The notes beneath the pieces are model-generated. The model had not been told where the DNA came from, did no database searches, and saw nothing but the letters and a program-made list of their open reading frames with translations. Position numbers and translations under genes: made by a program. Positions 1 to 10,848 of a stretch of DNA of 58,208 bases are shown one piece after another. The DNA lies in the IMG/VR virus record IMGVR_UViG_3300036945_000096, positions 1 to 58,208 of that record; one strand, 5' to 3'. The DNA is from a virus. Its lineage: Duplodnaviria > Caudoviricetes. How positions within the stretch are numbered: the first letter of the stretch is position 1; each line of letters begins with the position of its first letter.

Positions 1-127
1 TTGACCAAGCTAACTACTACGCTTTCAAGATTGATGACATCGAAGCAGCTCACTCACATGTGAACTTCATGCAGATGGCTTCTGATCGTGCAGCGTATCG
101 TTTGCGTGATCAGTATGACCAAGATGT
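1..127. repeat. Terminal direct repeat identical to 58082-58208 (circular assembly overlap)
   Basis: Exact 127-nt match; falls inside the capsid ORF, whose frame continues across the junction. Confidence 0.97.
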
Positions 128-809
128 ATTGGGTTATCTCTCTGGCTTCCAACAGTCTGCTAAGCATACAAATGCTGGCACAGCTCGTACAACAGCACCC
201 GGAACTAAAGCTTTGACTGAAGCTGGTTCTGATGAGTTGTTGGCTTCTATGAAGCTGAAGAAGGGTAACTTTGGTAACATCACTACAGGTTCTGCTGGTG
301 ATCACTCCATTCCTTTGGCTCCTCGTCTGCCCGGTGCAACTGCACTGCCTACAGATGTGGCATCACCTTTGATGGTTATTGCTCGTATGGGCCGTTTGCT
401 GGATACCCAGTTTGTTGATTCTGCTGGTCGCTGGTTGGTGGTCGATCCTGTGTTCATTGAACTGTTGAAAGATGAAGACAGCCGTTTGTTGAATGGTGAC
501 TTTGGTGGTTCTGGTTTGCAGAACGGCTTGGTCATTAACAACTTGCATGGCTTCCGCATCTATGTTTCTAACAACCTGCCAAAAATTGGTACTGGTCCCG
601 GCACTACAGGTACGGCTAACCAGAACACCAACTATGGTGTGATTGTTGGTGGTCATGACTCTGCTGTTGCAACTGCTCAGCAAATCACTAAGACTGAAAC
701 ATATCGTGATCCCGACAGCTTCGCTGACATCGTGCGTGGTATGCATCTTTATGGTCGCAAAATCTTGCGTCCTGAAGGCATTGTCACTGCTAAATACAAC
801 GCTGCTTAA
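1..809 (+). CDS. Major capsid protein, 3' part (full gene 57820-58081 + 1-809, 356 aa)
   Basis: Frame continuous with the 57820 ATG; ...DPDSFADIVRGMHLYGRKILRPE C-terminus resembles N4-gp56/HMO-2011-like capsids. Confidence 0.93.
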   Translation, partial: DQANYYAFKIDDIEAAHSHVNFMQMASDRAAYRLRDQYDQDVLGYLSGFQQSAKHTNAGTARTTAPGTKALTEAGSDELLASMKLKKGNFGNITTGSAGDHSIPLAPRLPGATALPTDVASPLMVIARMGRLLDTQFVDSAGRWLVVDPVFIELLKDEDSRLLNGDFGGSGLQNGLVINNLHGFRIYVSNNLPKIGTGPGTTGTANQNTNYGVIVGGHDSAVATAQQITKTETYRDPDSFADIVRGMHLYGRKILRPEGIVTAKYNAA

Positions 810-821
810 GGAGAAAACTAA

Positions 822-1316
822 ATGGCAACTATTACTACTCTCTCTAACGCTGTAGGCGCAGGTACACACCCTAGCCGTTCTGTGCGTCCCATGCCTTATG
901 TTGTTGAAAACACCATTAGCTTGGCTGCTGCTGTAACAGCTAAAGGTTCTGCCTTGGCTGCTGCTGACGTTATCGAAGCTCTCCAGATTCCCGCACAATC
1001 TATTGTGTTGGCTGCTGGCTATGAAGTTACTGGTACTGTCACAGGTAGCTGCACAGTAAGCTTGGGCGTTACTGGCGTAACAGCCGCAGCTTATGTGTCT
1101 GCTTTTGCTGTAACTGGCTCTACTGCTGTGGGTACTTATGCTACTCCTGCAACTGCTGGCTATCCAATCGTGTCACAATCTGCTGACACTTTGGACTTGC
1201 TGTTGGTTACTGAAACCACTACATTGAGTGCTGGTTCCATTCGTGTCTTTGCTGTCATTGTTGACGCACAAGACAAGACTGGTCCTGCTTCTGTAGATCG
1301 TGAGCAACTGGCCTAA
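822..1316 (+). CDS. Probable capsid decoration/minor head protein
   Basis: AGGAG RBS, directly after capsid gene and before a terminator; A/T/V-rich beta composition. Confidence 0.6.
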   Translation: MATITTLSNAVGAGTHPSRSVRPMPYVVENTISLAAAVTAKGSALAAADVIEALQIPAQSIVLAAGYEVTGTVTGSCTVSLGVTGVTAAAYVSAFAVTGSTAVGTYATPATAGYPIVSQSADTLDLLLVTETTTLSAGSIRVFAVIVDAQDKTGPASVDREQLA

Positions 1317-1330
1317 TAGCTAGTTGATAT

Positions 1331-1360
1331 AGGGAGGGGCTTAACCGCCTCTCCCTTTTA
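1331..1360 (+). terminator. Intrinsic terminator after head genes
   Basis: AGGGAGGGGC-TTAACC-GCCTCTCCCT stem followed by a T run. Confidence 0.75.
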
Positions 1361-1373
1361 TTGTTTAAAAAAT

Positions 1374-2084
1374 ATGTCTACATACATTTCTTTAACGAAT
1401 GAATTGCTACGAAGAATGGGTGAGGTCATTATGGACTCCACCGAATTCGACAATGCTAGAAACATCCAAGCTCTAGCAAAGAATGCTATCAATTCATCCA
1501 TTAGAGAATTGATGCACTCCGCACAAGAATGGCCTTTTGCTTTAGCTACCCAGACCCAGACATTAACTGTTGGTACAGGTACATATAGTTTTCCTTCTAA
1601 TACGTCCACTGTAGATTGGGATTCTTTCTATTTAAAGAAACTTACTGCAGCTAACAATCAGCCTTCTCGTCTTGCTGTTCTTACTTACACTGACTACCTG
1701 AACAATCATCGTCCTCAGGAAGATGTTAATGGTACTGGTGGGTATGGTCCTACCATTGCCGTATATCAAACACAAGAGTCTAAGTTTGGTGCTACTCCTA
1801 TTCCAGATCAAGCGTATGAGATTGAATATAAGTATTGGTCTTTTCCTGCTGACTTAGTTGAATCTACTGATGTAGCTATTATTCCAGACAGATTTACTAA
1901 TGTATTAATTGATGGTGCTATGTTCTACATGCTGATGTTCAGATCTAATGAACAAGGTGCAGCAGTGTATAAAGACAAGTTTGATACTGGTATTAGAGCG
2001 ATGCGAAGACTGTTGCTAGATGAGCCTCTGTATATGAGTTCTACAGCATCTATTAGCCCATCATTCCATCCTAGAGTGTTTTAA
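1374..2084 (+). CDS. Tail tubular/adaptor protein A-like
   Basis: Synteny; N-terminal Y..L.N..L.R.GE and WPF motifs of podoviral adaptors. Confidence 0.7.
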   Translation: MSTYISLTNELLRRMGEVIMDSTEFDNARNIQALAKNAINSSIRELMHSAQEWPFALATQTQTLTVGTGTYSFPSNTSTVDWDSFYLKKLTAANNQPSRLAVLTYTDYLNNHRPQEDVNGTGGYGPTIAVYQTQESKFGATPIPDQAYEIEYKYWSFPADLVESTDVAIIPDRFTNVLIDGAMFYMLMFRSNEQGAAVYKDKFDTGIRAMRRLLLDEPLYMSSTASISPSFHPRVF

Positions 2085-3640
2085 TGGCAGATAGAATTAA
2101 TGGCTTTAAAGTAACTTCTATTGGTGGCATGAACACCAACAGGGACGTATTGTCTCAAGGTGAAGAAAGCCCCGGTTCTGCTACACAGCTTATTAATTAT
2201 GAACCTTCTATCAATGGTGGTTACAGACGCATCAGTGGGTTTGCTAATAACTATGGAACAGTTACAGGCACTGGTGCTGTCTTAGGAGTGTTGGTAGCAG
2301 AAGGCTTAAACAATAGTATTTTTGCTTGTCGTAAACCTTCTGCTGGTACAAACTACTTTTATAGGTGGGTAGCAGCCTCGTCCACTTGGACTGCTATTTC
2401 TACTCCCGGTACAGTGACGATGGTAGGGGTAAAGAAGGTTAGGTTTACTAAGTATAATTGGAGTGCTCCTAAGTTTGTTTTAACTGATGGCATTAATCCA
2501 GCAGCCGTGTATGATGGAACAACATATACACAGATTACGCATTCCAATGCACCAAATAGTCCTAAGTATTCAGCAGCATTTAAGAATCATATATTCTTAG
2601 CTGGCGATCCTACAGATCCTTACAACTTATATGTTTCTTCCCCATTAGCTGAGACAGACTTTAATCCAGCTAATGGTGCTGCTGTTATTAATGTAGGCTT
2701 TGAAATTGTTCAGATTAAACAATTTAGAGATACGTTATACATCTTCGGTAAGAATGCTATTAAGAGTTTGGTAGGTACAAATATAGCTGACTTTGTTGTT
2801 GGCGAGGTGACAACAAACTTAGGTTGTGTTGTTCCAGATAGTGTGATAGAACTGGGTGGTAATCTATTGTTCTTAGGACCAGATGGTTTTAGACCTGTGT
2901 CAGGAACAAATAAGATTGGTGACGTTGAGCTTGAAACAATCTCTAAGCAGATTCAGTTTACGATTACATCAATCTTACAAGAATTAAATGCTGGCTCTAT
3001 TGATCCAGAATCGTTGAGTTCAGTGGTGTTGCGTAAGAAGTCTCAATTCAGAATGTTTATTCCTAGTGAAGGAACATTTGGATTGTTGGGTGGTTTGCGT
3101 GAAAGAGAAGGTGGTATTTCGTTTGAGTATAGTCAGTTGTTTGGCTTTCCAGCTACCTGCTCTTCTAGTGGTTATATTGGTATTGATGAAGTAATTATTC
3201 ATGGCGATGCTAGTGGTAAGGTACAGAAACAAGAAACAGGAACTTCTTTTGACACCCTTGAAATATTGAGTGTCTATCAAACTCCTTTTTATTATTTCCA
3301 AGATCCTACCATTAGAAAGAACTTCTATAACATTTCTACTTTCTTGAGAAGTGAAGGCTCTTCCAGTATTGTTATGGGTGCTTCCTATGACTTTGATGAT
3401 TCAGTTGGTGTGTTCAATCCTGCTAACTATAACCTTCCTGTTGTTGGAACTGCTGCTTATTACAATGAAGCCATCTATGATGCCACAGCCATTTATGATG
3501 GCAACCCATCACCAGTGAAGAAGACAAACATTGAAGGCTCTGGATTCTCCATTGCTTTCAAATATGTGACTAATGATACTAATGCTAGTCATACGATTCA
3601 AGGGCTTGTCTTGAATTATTCAACCAATGACAGACGCTAA
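2084..3640 (+). CDS. Tail nozzle/tubular protein B-like
   Basis: 518 aa, beta-propeller-like composition, GGMN N-terminus, follows adaptor. Confidence 0.7.
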   Translation: MADRINGFKVTSIGGMNTNRDVLSQGEESPGSATQLINYEPSINGGYRRISGFANNYGTVTGTGAVLGVLVAEGLNNSIFACRKPSAGTNYFYRWVAASSTWTAISTPGTVTMVGVKKVRFTKYNWSAPKFVLTDGINPAAVYDGTTYTQITHSNAPNSPKYSAAFKNHIFLAGDPTDPYNLYVSSPLAETDFNPANGAAVINVGFEIVQIKQFRDTLYIFGKNAIKSLVGTNIADFVVGEVTTNLGCVVPDSVIELGGNLLFLGPDGFRPVSGTNKIGDVELETISKQIQFTITSILQELNAGSIDPESLSSVVLRKKSQFRMFIPSEGTFGLLGGLREREGGISFEYSQLFGFPATCSSSGYIGIDEVIIHGDASGKVQKQETGTSFDTLEILSVYQTPFYYFQDPTIRKNFYNISTFLRSEGSSSIVMGASYDFDDSVGVFNPANYNLPVVGTAAYYNEAIYDATAIYDGNPSPVKKTNIEGSGFSIAFKYVTNDTNASHTIQGLVLNYSTNDRR

Positions 3641-3651
3641 GGAGAACTACC

Positions 3652-5925
3652 TTGACAGGTTATGTAAGACAATCTGCTGCTGACATCGTCCCAACGGGCG
3701 TAGTTCGTGCTGCACCAATTAATAATGAGTACAATGCTCTTCGTGATGCTTTCAGTGTTGCTGGTGGTCATAAGCACGATGGCACTACTGCTGAGGGTCA
3801 TCCTGTTCCTGTCATTGGTGACAGTGACTTATTGAATAAAATTGCTACTGATACAGCTAACAATCGTCATGGTGTGTTTGTTGAAGTGGCTGCTGCTGCT
3901 GTTGAACAGGTTCGCTTTCAAGATGGTGCTATTGTTCCAGTAACAGACAATGATGTTGACCTTGGTACAAGCTCTTTAGAATTCAAAGACTTACACATTG
4001 ATGGTACAGCTAACATTGACAGCTTAGTTGCTGACACTGCTGACATTAATGGTGGTACAGTGGACAATGCTGTTATTGGTGCAACAACTCCTGCTGCTGC
4101 AAACTTCACCACTGCTAGTGCTTCTGGTCAAATTACTTCTACAGTGTCTACAGGCACTGCTCCTCTTGTTGTAGCTTCTACAACCAAGGTAACCAATCTT
4201 AATGCTGATCAGCTTGATGGTGCTGACTGGGCTTCTCCTGCTGCTATTGGTACAACCACACCTGCTGCTGGTACTTTCACGAATGTAACAGTTAATTCAG
4301 CAGCAACAATTGCATCTGTTGATATCAATGCAGGTACTATTGATGGTGCTGTTATTGGTGGATCTTCTGCACAAGCAATCACAGGTACTACAGTTACAGC
4401 CACTACAGGATTTGTTGGTGGATTAACTGGAGCAGTGACAGGTAATGTTACAGGTGATCTTACTGGTGCAGTGACAGGCAATGTCACAGGTAATTTAACT
4501 GGTAATGTTACAGCCTCTACAGGTACATCTTCTTTCAATGATGTCACCATTAATGGTGGATTGAACATGAATGCTGGCACTGCTGCCACCATCACCAATC
4601 TTACCAGCCCTACAAATTCTGGTGATGCTGCTACTAAAGGATATGTTGATACATCTATCAGCAACTTAGTAGCTTCTGCTCCCGGTACATTAGACACACT
4701 TAATGAACTTGCTGCAGCTCTTGGTAATGATGCTTCATTCTCAACTACTGTAACTAACTCTATTGCAGCTAAACTTCCCTTGGCTGGTGGCACTATGAGT
4801 GGTGCTATTGCTATGGGTACATCTAAGATTACAGGTGTAGGTGATCCAACAGCAAACCAAGATGCAGCAACTAAAGCTTATGTAGATACTGCTGATGCAT
4901 TGAAGCTGTCCTTAACAGGCGGCACAATGTCTGGTGCTATTGCGATGGGCACAGCTAAGATTACAGGCTTAGGTACTCCAACAAATAATGCTGATGCCAC
5001 TACTAAATTGTATGTTGATGGTATCTTAGGTAGTGCTACTGCTGCTGCAACATCTGCTGCTGCTGCAGCAACCTCTGCTTCTAATGCTGCTACCAGTGAA
5101 GGCAATGCAGCCACATCAGCAAGCACAGCATCTACAGCAGCTACCAATGCTGCTAATAGTTATGATGCTTTTGATGATAGATATTTAGGTAGTAAAACCG
5201 CTGCTCCATCCGTGGACAATGATGGCAATGCTTTACTAACAGGTGCTCTGTATTGGAACTCTGTTGGTAATGTGATGTATGTATACACAGGTTCTTCTTG
5301 GGTTGCTGCTGGCTCTGCTGTCAATGGTACTTCAGAGAGATCTGTATATACAGCAACATCTGGACAGACAACATTCTCTGCAACATATGATGTTGGTTAT
5401 GTTGATGTTTACTTGAATGGTTCTAAGCTAGTAGCTACTTCAGACTTTACAGCTAATGATGGTGTCACTGTTGTATTAGCTACAGGAGCCACCACTGGTG
5501 ATGTTATTGATATTGTTGCTTATGCTGCTTTTGAATTGGCTAATGTTTATACACAAACACAATCAGATGCTAGATTCTTAAGAGTTTCTAATAACTTATC
5601 AGATGTTACAGCAGCGACAGCTAGAACAAACTTAGGCTTAACTATTGGTACTAATGTCCAAGCATATGATGCTGATTTAACTACACTTGGTGCTGGTGGT
5701 TCTGCTGCACGTTCATTCCTTGGCCTTGCTATTGGAACTGATGTACAAGCATATGATGCTGATTTAACAACTTGGGCCGGGAAGACTGCACCAACTGGTG
5801 ATGCTGTTGGTACATCAGATAGTCAAACGCTAACTAATAAAACAATTTCAGCCGCAAACAACACTTTGGTTGGTGTGGCATCAACTGGTAAAGCCATCGC
5901 AATGGCAATCGTATTTGGAGGATAA
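3652..5925 (+). CDS. Tail fibre protein
   Basis: GHKHDGT N-terminal anchor; TGNV, DAATKxYVD and VQAYDADL repeats; TTG start behind AGGAG. Confidence 0.85.
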   Translation: MTGYVRQSAADIVPTGVVRAAPINNEYNALRDAFSVAGGHKHDGTTAEGHPVPVIGDSDLLNKIATDTANNRHGVFVEVAAAAVEQVRFQDGAIVPVTDNDVDLGTSSLEFKDLHIDGTANIDSLVADTADINGGTVDNAVIGATTPAAANFTTASASGQITSTVSTGTAPLVVASTTKVTNLNADQLDGADWASPAAIGTTTPAAGTFTNVTVNSAATIASVDINAGTIDGAVIGGSSAQAITGTTVTATTGFVGGLTGAVTGNVTGDLTGAVTGNVTGNLTGNVTASTGTSSFNDVTINGGLNMNAGTAATITNLTSPTNSGDAATKGYVDTSISNLVASAPGTLDTLNELAAALGNDASFSTTVTNSIAAKLPLAGGTMSGAIAMGTSKITGVGDPTANQDAATKAYVDTADALKLSLTGGTMSGAIAMGTAKITGLGTPTNNADATTKLYVDGILGSATAAATSAAAAATSASNAATSEGNAATSASTASTAATNAANSYDAFDDRYLGSKTAAPSVDNDGNALLTGALYWNSVGNVMYVYTGSSWVAAGSAVNGTSERSVYTATSGQTTFSATYDVGYVDVYLNGSKLVATSDFTANDGVTVVLATGATTGDVIDIVAYAAFELANVYTQTQSDARFLRVSNNLSDVTAATARTNLGLTIGTNVQAYDADLTTLGAGGSAARSFLGLAIGTDVQAYDADLTTWAGKTAPTGDAVGTSDSQTLTNKTISAANNTLVGVASTGKAIAMAIVFGG

Positions 5926-5928
5926 ATC

Positions 5929-6282
5929 ATGGCAGCACCTAATATCGTAAACGTGGCAACTATCACTGGTAAAACAGCGGTTCAAGCTATTGGCACTTCA
6001 GCTACAGCAATTGTTACAAACTCTGCTGCTAGTGGTAAGGTTTTTAAAATCAATGCCCTTTACGTTTCTAACGTAGATGGAACTGCTAACGCAGATGTAA
6101 CAGTAGATTTATTCCGAAGTTCAACTGCTTACCGAATTGTTTCTACAGTGGTCGTTCCTGCAGATGCAGTCTTAGATGTAATAACTAAGGCATTCTATTT
6201 AGAAGAAGGTGACACCTTGCGTTTAACAGCAAGTGCTGCTAGTGACCTTGAGGCTGTTTGCTCATATGAGGAGATTTCCTAA
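5929..6282 (+). CDS. Small virion protein (fibre-associated); resembles 49911-50246
   Basis: RBS GGAGG; shared ..YLExGD.(L/I)R..AS motif. Confidence 0.6.
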   Translation: MAAPNIVNVATITGKTAVQAIGTSATAIVTNSAASGKVFKINALYVSNVDGTANADVTVDLFRSSTAYRIVSTVVVPADAVLDVITKAFYLEEGDTLRLTASAASDLEAVCSYEEIS

Positions 6283-7196
6283 TGGCTCAATTTCCAGCAA
6301 GTACAGGTGCAAGCGGAATATGGTCTGTTAAAGACCAGAGGGTTGCTCAACAAGGTTTAAACTGGCCTCGAACTACAGTAGCTTTGACTGCTGAGGTGTT
6401 AATCGTAGCTGGCGGTGGTGGTGGAGGAACTGAGCGTGGTGGTGCTGGCGGTGCTGGCGGTTATGTTTATAACGCTTCTTTATCTTTAGTAACTTCTGCT
6501 TTGTATGTTGTTACTGTGGGTGCGGGTGGCTCTGGGGCTATTGGTAATTCATCTACAGGCACTAGGGGAACTAGCGGTAGCAACACTACATTTTCTTCAA
6601 TGACTGCTGCTGTTGGTGGTGGTCGTGGTTCAGCTAGGGCTGGTGGTAACTATGCTGCGGCATCTGGCGGCTCTGGTGGTGGTGGTGGCCCTGATACTAC
6701 AACGGCTGGTGCTGGCACATCAGGACAAGGTTTTGCTGGCGGTGCTGGTCAGTATGGCGGTGGTGGCGGTGCGGGTGCTGTTGGTACAGCTGGAAGTTCA
6801 GGTGGTAATGGCGGTGTTGGTATTTCAACATACAGTACTTTGCTTGGAGTAGTTGGTGCTGGAGAAAACTCAGGAGGGACTCGTTATATTGGTGGCGGTG
6901 GTAGTGCTCCGGGTGATGATGGCACTGGCGCAAAAGCTGGCGGTCTTGGTGGTGGTGGTAGAGCTATGAGTAATAGCAACGCAATCGATGGATATGCAAA
7001 CGCAACTGCAAATACCGGAGGCGGTGGTGGTGGAACTTATGACCAAACTACTTTAGCTGCTGGTAATGGTGGTTCTGGTACTGTAATTATTAAAAGCGCA
7101 ACTCAAGCATATGCAACTACAGGAACAGTTACGGAAACAAATACTGGTGGTTTCTATTACTACTATTTTACGACTACTGGCTCTATTACATTCTAA
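6282..7196 (+). CDS. Glycine-rich tail/receptor-binding protein
   Basis: VAGGGGGG...GGAGG...NTGGGGGG...GGSG.VII glycine-rich domain. Confidence 0.75.
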   Translation: MAQFPASTGASGIWSVKDQRVAQQGLNWPRTTVALTAEVLIVAGGGGGGTERGGAGGAGGYVYNASLSLVTSALYVVTVGAGGSGAIGNSSTGTRGTSGSNTTFSSMTAAVGGGRGSARAGGNYAAASGGSGGGGGPDTTTAGAGTSGQGFAGGAGQYGGGGGAGAVGTAGSSGGNGGVGISTYSTLLGVVGAGENSGGTRYIGGGGSAPGDDGTGAKAGGLGGGGRAMSNSNAIDGYANATANTGGGGGGTYDQTTLAAGNGGSGTVIIKSATQAYATTGTVTETNTGGFYYYYFTTTGSITF

Positions 7197-7205
7197 GGAT
7201 TAAAT

Positions 7206-7565
7206 ATGGCACATTTTGCAGAAATAGGAATTGACAATACTGTTTTAAGAGTTCTTGTTATTTCTAACAAAGATACTTCTGATGAAAACGGAATTGAGCG
7301 TGAAGAGATTGGTGCAGCTTTCTGTAACAAATTGCTTGGAGGAACTTGGGTACAAACAAGTTTTAATCGAAAGATTAGGAAAAACTTTGCGGGTGTAGGT
7401 CATCTTTACAACAAATCGCTTGATGCTTTTATTAGCCCTCAGCCTTTTGCAAGTTGGGTTTTAAATGAAACTACTTGTCAATGGAGTTCGCCTACACCAA
7501 TGCCTACAGATGGTAAAGACTATCAATGGGATGAGACAACAACTGCATGGGTTGAGGTGACTTAA
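7206..7565 (+). CDS. Conserved tail-associated protein
   Basis: MAHFA..., W.QTS.N, RKNFAG, P.P.P.DG..Y.W.E pattern that commonly follows Gly-rich fibres. Confidence 0.65.
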   Translation: MAHFAEIGIDNTVLRVLVISNKDTSDENGIEREEIGAAFCNKLLGGTWVQTSFNRKIRKNFAGVGHLYNKSLDAFISPQPFASWVLNETTCQWSSPTPMPTDGKDYQWDETTTAWVEVT

Positions 7566-8345
7566 ATGACTAAAGCAAGAACACTAGGTAATTTTGTAAG
7601 TACAGGTAATCCATTAGCTGATGGAACTATTGCATACTCAGAAATATCAGGTACTCCAACACTTCCATCAGGAACTATTGTAGGCACGACAGATAGTCAA
7701 ACGCTTACAAATAAAACTCTGACTAGCCCTGTCGTTAACACACCAACAGGTATTGTTAAGGGTGATGTAGGTCTTGGTAATGTAGATAATACTTCTGATG
7801 CTACTAAGAATTCAGCTTCTGTAACCCTTACTAACAAGACAATTACCTTTGCTGACAACACTCTAACCAATGTTGCAAGCATTAACACAGCACAGACCTT
7901 TACAGGAACTAAGACCTTTACTGGCACTTCATCAGCTACTGCCATTGTTTTAAACGATGCAGCCGAAGTCGCTACTGTCTCAGCAACTGCAGCTACTGGA
8001 ACGATTGCTTACGACATTACAACTCAGTCTGTTTTGTATTACACAAGCAACGCAAGTGCTAACTGGACAGTTAACTTTCGTGGCTCTAGCGGCACATCAC
8101 TTGACACTTTGATGAGTACGGGTCAATCAATGACTGTGGCTTTCTTGGTCACTCAAGGTGCTACCGCTTACTACAACTCTGCTGTTCAAGTGGATGGCAC
8201 TACATCTGGTGTTACGACACGTTGGTTAGGTGGTGCGCCTACTGCGGGTAATGCTAGTGGTATTGATAGCTATCGTTATTTGATTATCAAGACAGGTAGT
8301 GCGACTTTCACAGTCTTGGCAAGCAACACACAATTTAAGGCTTAA
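7566..8345 (+). CDS. Tail fibre-related protein
   Basis: QTLTNKT repeats, Thr-rich beta C-terminal domain. Confidence 0.7.
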   Translation: MTKARTLGNFVSTGNPLADGTIAYSEISGTPTLPSGTIVGTTDSQTLTNKTLTSPVVNTPTGIVKGDVGLGNVDNTSDATKNSASVTLTNKTITFADNTLTNVASINTAQTFTGTKTFTGTSSATAIVLNDAAEVATVSATAATGTIAYDITTQSVLYYTSNASANWTVNFRGSSGTSLDTLMSTGQSMTVAFLVTQGATAYYNSAVQVDGTTSGVTTRWLGGAPTAGNASGIDSYRYLIIKTGSATFTVLASNTQFKA

Positions 8346-8348
8346 ACC

Positions 8349-10391
8349 ATGCCATTACAAGCAACTTCAGGTGCGGCTAGTTACGATGCCTTTGGTGGTG
8401 GTGTTCCTGCTGTCCCTCAGTATATTGAGGATGTGTTTAGCACTTGGCTTTACACAGGTAATAGCACAACTGGTGGCACTCAAACCATTACAAACAACAT
8501 TGATTTGTCCACAAAGGGTGGAATGGTATGGATTAAAGGTAGAAGTGCGGAATCAGACCATATTTTGACAGACACTTCTCGTGGTGCTGGCACTACTGCA
8601 TCAAACAATCAAGGATTAGCTAGTAATTTAAATGCGGCTGAAGACCTTGGTGCTTCTTATGATTTTTTGTCTGCTTTTAATACTAATGGTTTTACTGTAA
8701 AGCAAGGTGGTACAACAGCGACAACAAGGGGAACAAACTATAACGCTGTAACTTACGCCTCGTGGACATTCCGCAAGCAACCAAAGTTCTTTGATGTTGT
8801 GACTTATACAGGTGACGGAAATATAGGAAGAACTGTCTCTCACAACTTAAACGCTACTGTTGGGTTTATGCTAATTAAATGCACATCTCAGCCGGGTGGT
8901 TGGGTTGTTTATCACAGAAGCATTAGTCCTGCACAATATCTTTTTCTTCAAACCACAGATGCGGCAACTGCGGGTAGTGGTGTTAGCACTCCAGCCAAAT
9001 ACTGGAATAGCACAGCACCAACTAGCACAGTTTTTTCATTAGGAGATTCTGCTCTTACAAACGAAAGTGGGCAAACTTATGTAGCCTACCTATTCGCCCA
9101 CAACGCAGGAGGCTTTGGCCTAACTGGTACAGACAATGTGATTTCGTGTGGAACATACGCTGGTAATGACTCTGGTTCTGGAAGCAATACTATAAATCTT
9201 GGCTATGAGCCACAGTATTTAATGGTTAAAAGGTCTTCTGGTGGTGTTGGTAGTTGGTGGGTTATTGACAATATGCGTGGCGCAACCGCAGATGGAAACG
9301 ACAAACTTCTTGCCGCTAACACAACTGCCGCTGAAGTTGCAGACCAAAAAATAGCTTTTACCGCAACAGGCTTCACTCTTTACGACTCAAGTTCTGAATT
9401 TAATGCTTCAGGCTCAAATTACATCTACATAGCCATTCGTAGAGGCCCAATGAAAGTTCCTACAAGTGGGACTAGTGTGTTTAGTCCTATTAACGTAAAC
9501 AACTCTACTGGAACACAAAACACAACAAACTTCCCTGTGGATTTGCAAATTGCAAGAAACAAAGCTAATGGTGAAGACACCTTTTTCTATGACCGACTTC
9601 GTGGTGTTAACACAACCAATGTTACCGATGCCTCTCCCTTTCTAACTTCGGTTTCAACTGCGGCTGAGGCTAGTGCAACAAATAGAACAAGGCAATGGGG
9701 AAGCACAGGATATTTCACTCCCGCAAACTTCAATAATGTTAATGCAATCTATTGGAACTTTAGACGTGCGCCAGCATTCCACGATGTAGTTTGTTATACA
9801 GGTGACAGCACATTAGGTAGAGCAATTCCACATAATTTGGCGGCAGTTCCTGAGTTTATGATTGTTAAGAATAGAAATAATGCTGAAAATTGGGTTACAT
9901 ACTCTGCGCCAACTGGTAACACCACTCGCATGATTCTTAATTCACCGAACGCTTCTGGTACAAGGGCGATTTGGGCTAACACAACTCCAACTTCAACAAA
10001 CTTTTATGTTGGTGGTTCTGGTGTTTTGGGTGAGACAAACGCTTCTGGCTCAATATATGTAGCTTACTTATTTGCCACACTTGCGGGTGTTTCTAAAGTA
10101 GGCTCATACACAGGTACAGGAACAACACTTCAAATTGATTGTGGCTTTACAGCAGGGGCAAGGTTTGTTCTTATCAAGCGCACAAATTCAACTGGTGATT
10201 GGTATGTCTGGGATACTGCACGAGGCATTGTGAGTGGCAATGACCCATACTTACTATTGAACACAACAGACGCTGAAGTAACAACGACTGACTACATTGA
10301 CACATACAGCGCAGGGTTTGAGATAAGTTCAACTGCGCCAGCCGCCATCAATGCAAGTGGTGGAACATTCATCTTTTTAGCAATTGCTTGA
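8349..10391 (+). CDS. Tail fibre/adhesin with repeated beta domains
   Basis: About five repeats of Y(T/A)G....I/H.L...P..(V/L)..K...W. Confidence 0.75.
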   Translation: MPLQATSGAASYDAFGGGVPAVPQYIEDVFSTWLYTGNSTTGGTQTITNNIDLSTKGGMVWIKGRSAESDHILTDTSRGAGTTASNNQGLASNLNAAEDLGASYDFLSAFNTNGFTVKQGGTTATTRGTNYNAVTYASWTFRKQPKFFDVVTYTGDGNIGRTVSHNLNATVGFMLIKCTSQPGGWVVYHRSISPAQYLFLQTTDAATAGSGVSTPAKYWNSTAPTSTVFSLGDSALTNESGQTYVAYLFAHNAGGFGLTGTDNVISCGTYAGNDSGSGSNTINLGYEPQYLMVKRSSGGVGSWWVIDNMRGATADGNDKLLAANTTAAEVADQKIAFTATGFTLYDSSSEFNASGSNYIYIAIRRGPMKVPTSGTSVFSPINVNNSTGTQNTTNFPVDLQIARNKANGEDTFFYDRLRGVNTTNVTDASPFLTSVSTAAEASATNRTRQWGSTGYFTPANFNNVNAIYWNFRRAPAFHDVVCYTGDSTLGRAIPHNLAAVPEFMIVKNRNNAENWVTYSAPTGNTTRMILNSPNASGTRAIWANTTPTSTNFYVGGSGVLGETNASGSIYVAYLFATLAGVSKVGSYTGTGTTLQIDCGFTAGARFVLIKRTNSTGDWYVWDTARGIVSGNDPYLLLNTTDAEVTTTDYIDTYSAGFEISSTAPAAINASGGTFIFLAIA

Positions 10392-10401
10392 GGTAATTAA
10401 A

Positions 10402-10848
10402 ATGCAAGTACGAATTCAATCAACTGGACAAGTCATGTACGAAAGTGAATTTCGTGCACACACAAAAGCCAATGGTGGCCCATCATGGGACATAACAACA
10501 ACTGAAGTCTTAACTGCTTTGGGTGCTGATGTAGTCTTTGAAGGCCCACAAGCACAGCCAACACGCTATCAAGTTTCTTTCGCCAATGGTGTAGAACAAA
10601 TTGATGGAAAGTGGTACACAAAGTATTCTGTTTCTGACATGGATGCTGAATCTATTGCTTCTAAGGATGCCGAGCAAGCTAAGGCTATGCGTGAACAACG
10701 TAGCACTAAGTTGGCTGAATGTGATTGGACACAAGTAGCTGATGCTCCTGTTGACAAAGCAGTATGGGCTACCTATCGTCAAGCCTTGCGTGATGTCACT
10801 ACGCAGACAGGTTTTCCTTGGACAATCACTTGGCCTGACACACCATGA
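10402..10848 (+). CDS. Tail fibre assembly chaperone-like protein
   Basis: R...L..CDWTQ..D....W..YRQALRD......FP....WP motif. Confidence 0.8.
   Translation: MQVRIQSTGQVMYESEFRAHTKANGGPSWDITTTEVLTALGADVVFEGPQAQPTRYQVSFANGVEQIDGKWYTKYSVSDMDAESIASKDAEQAKAMREQRSTKLAECDWTQVADAPVDKAVWATYRQALRDVTTQTGFPWTITWPDTP

Noticed and set aside
4209-5147. Long antisense ORFs in the tail fibre and other genes
   Set aside because: Shadow frames caused by GCT/ACT/GGT codon bias; no RBS or motifs.
4430-5780. Tandem DNA repeats in the tail fibre as a CRISPR array or DGR template
   Set aside because: They are in-frame protein repeats (TGNV, GGTMSGAIAMG, VQAYDADL); no spacers and no reverse transcriptase gene.
6282-7196. 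GG dipeptides in the Gly-rich tail protein as part of the GG motif system
   Set aside because: Explained by poly-Gly composition; excluded from the motif count.
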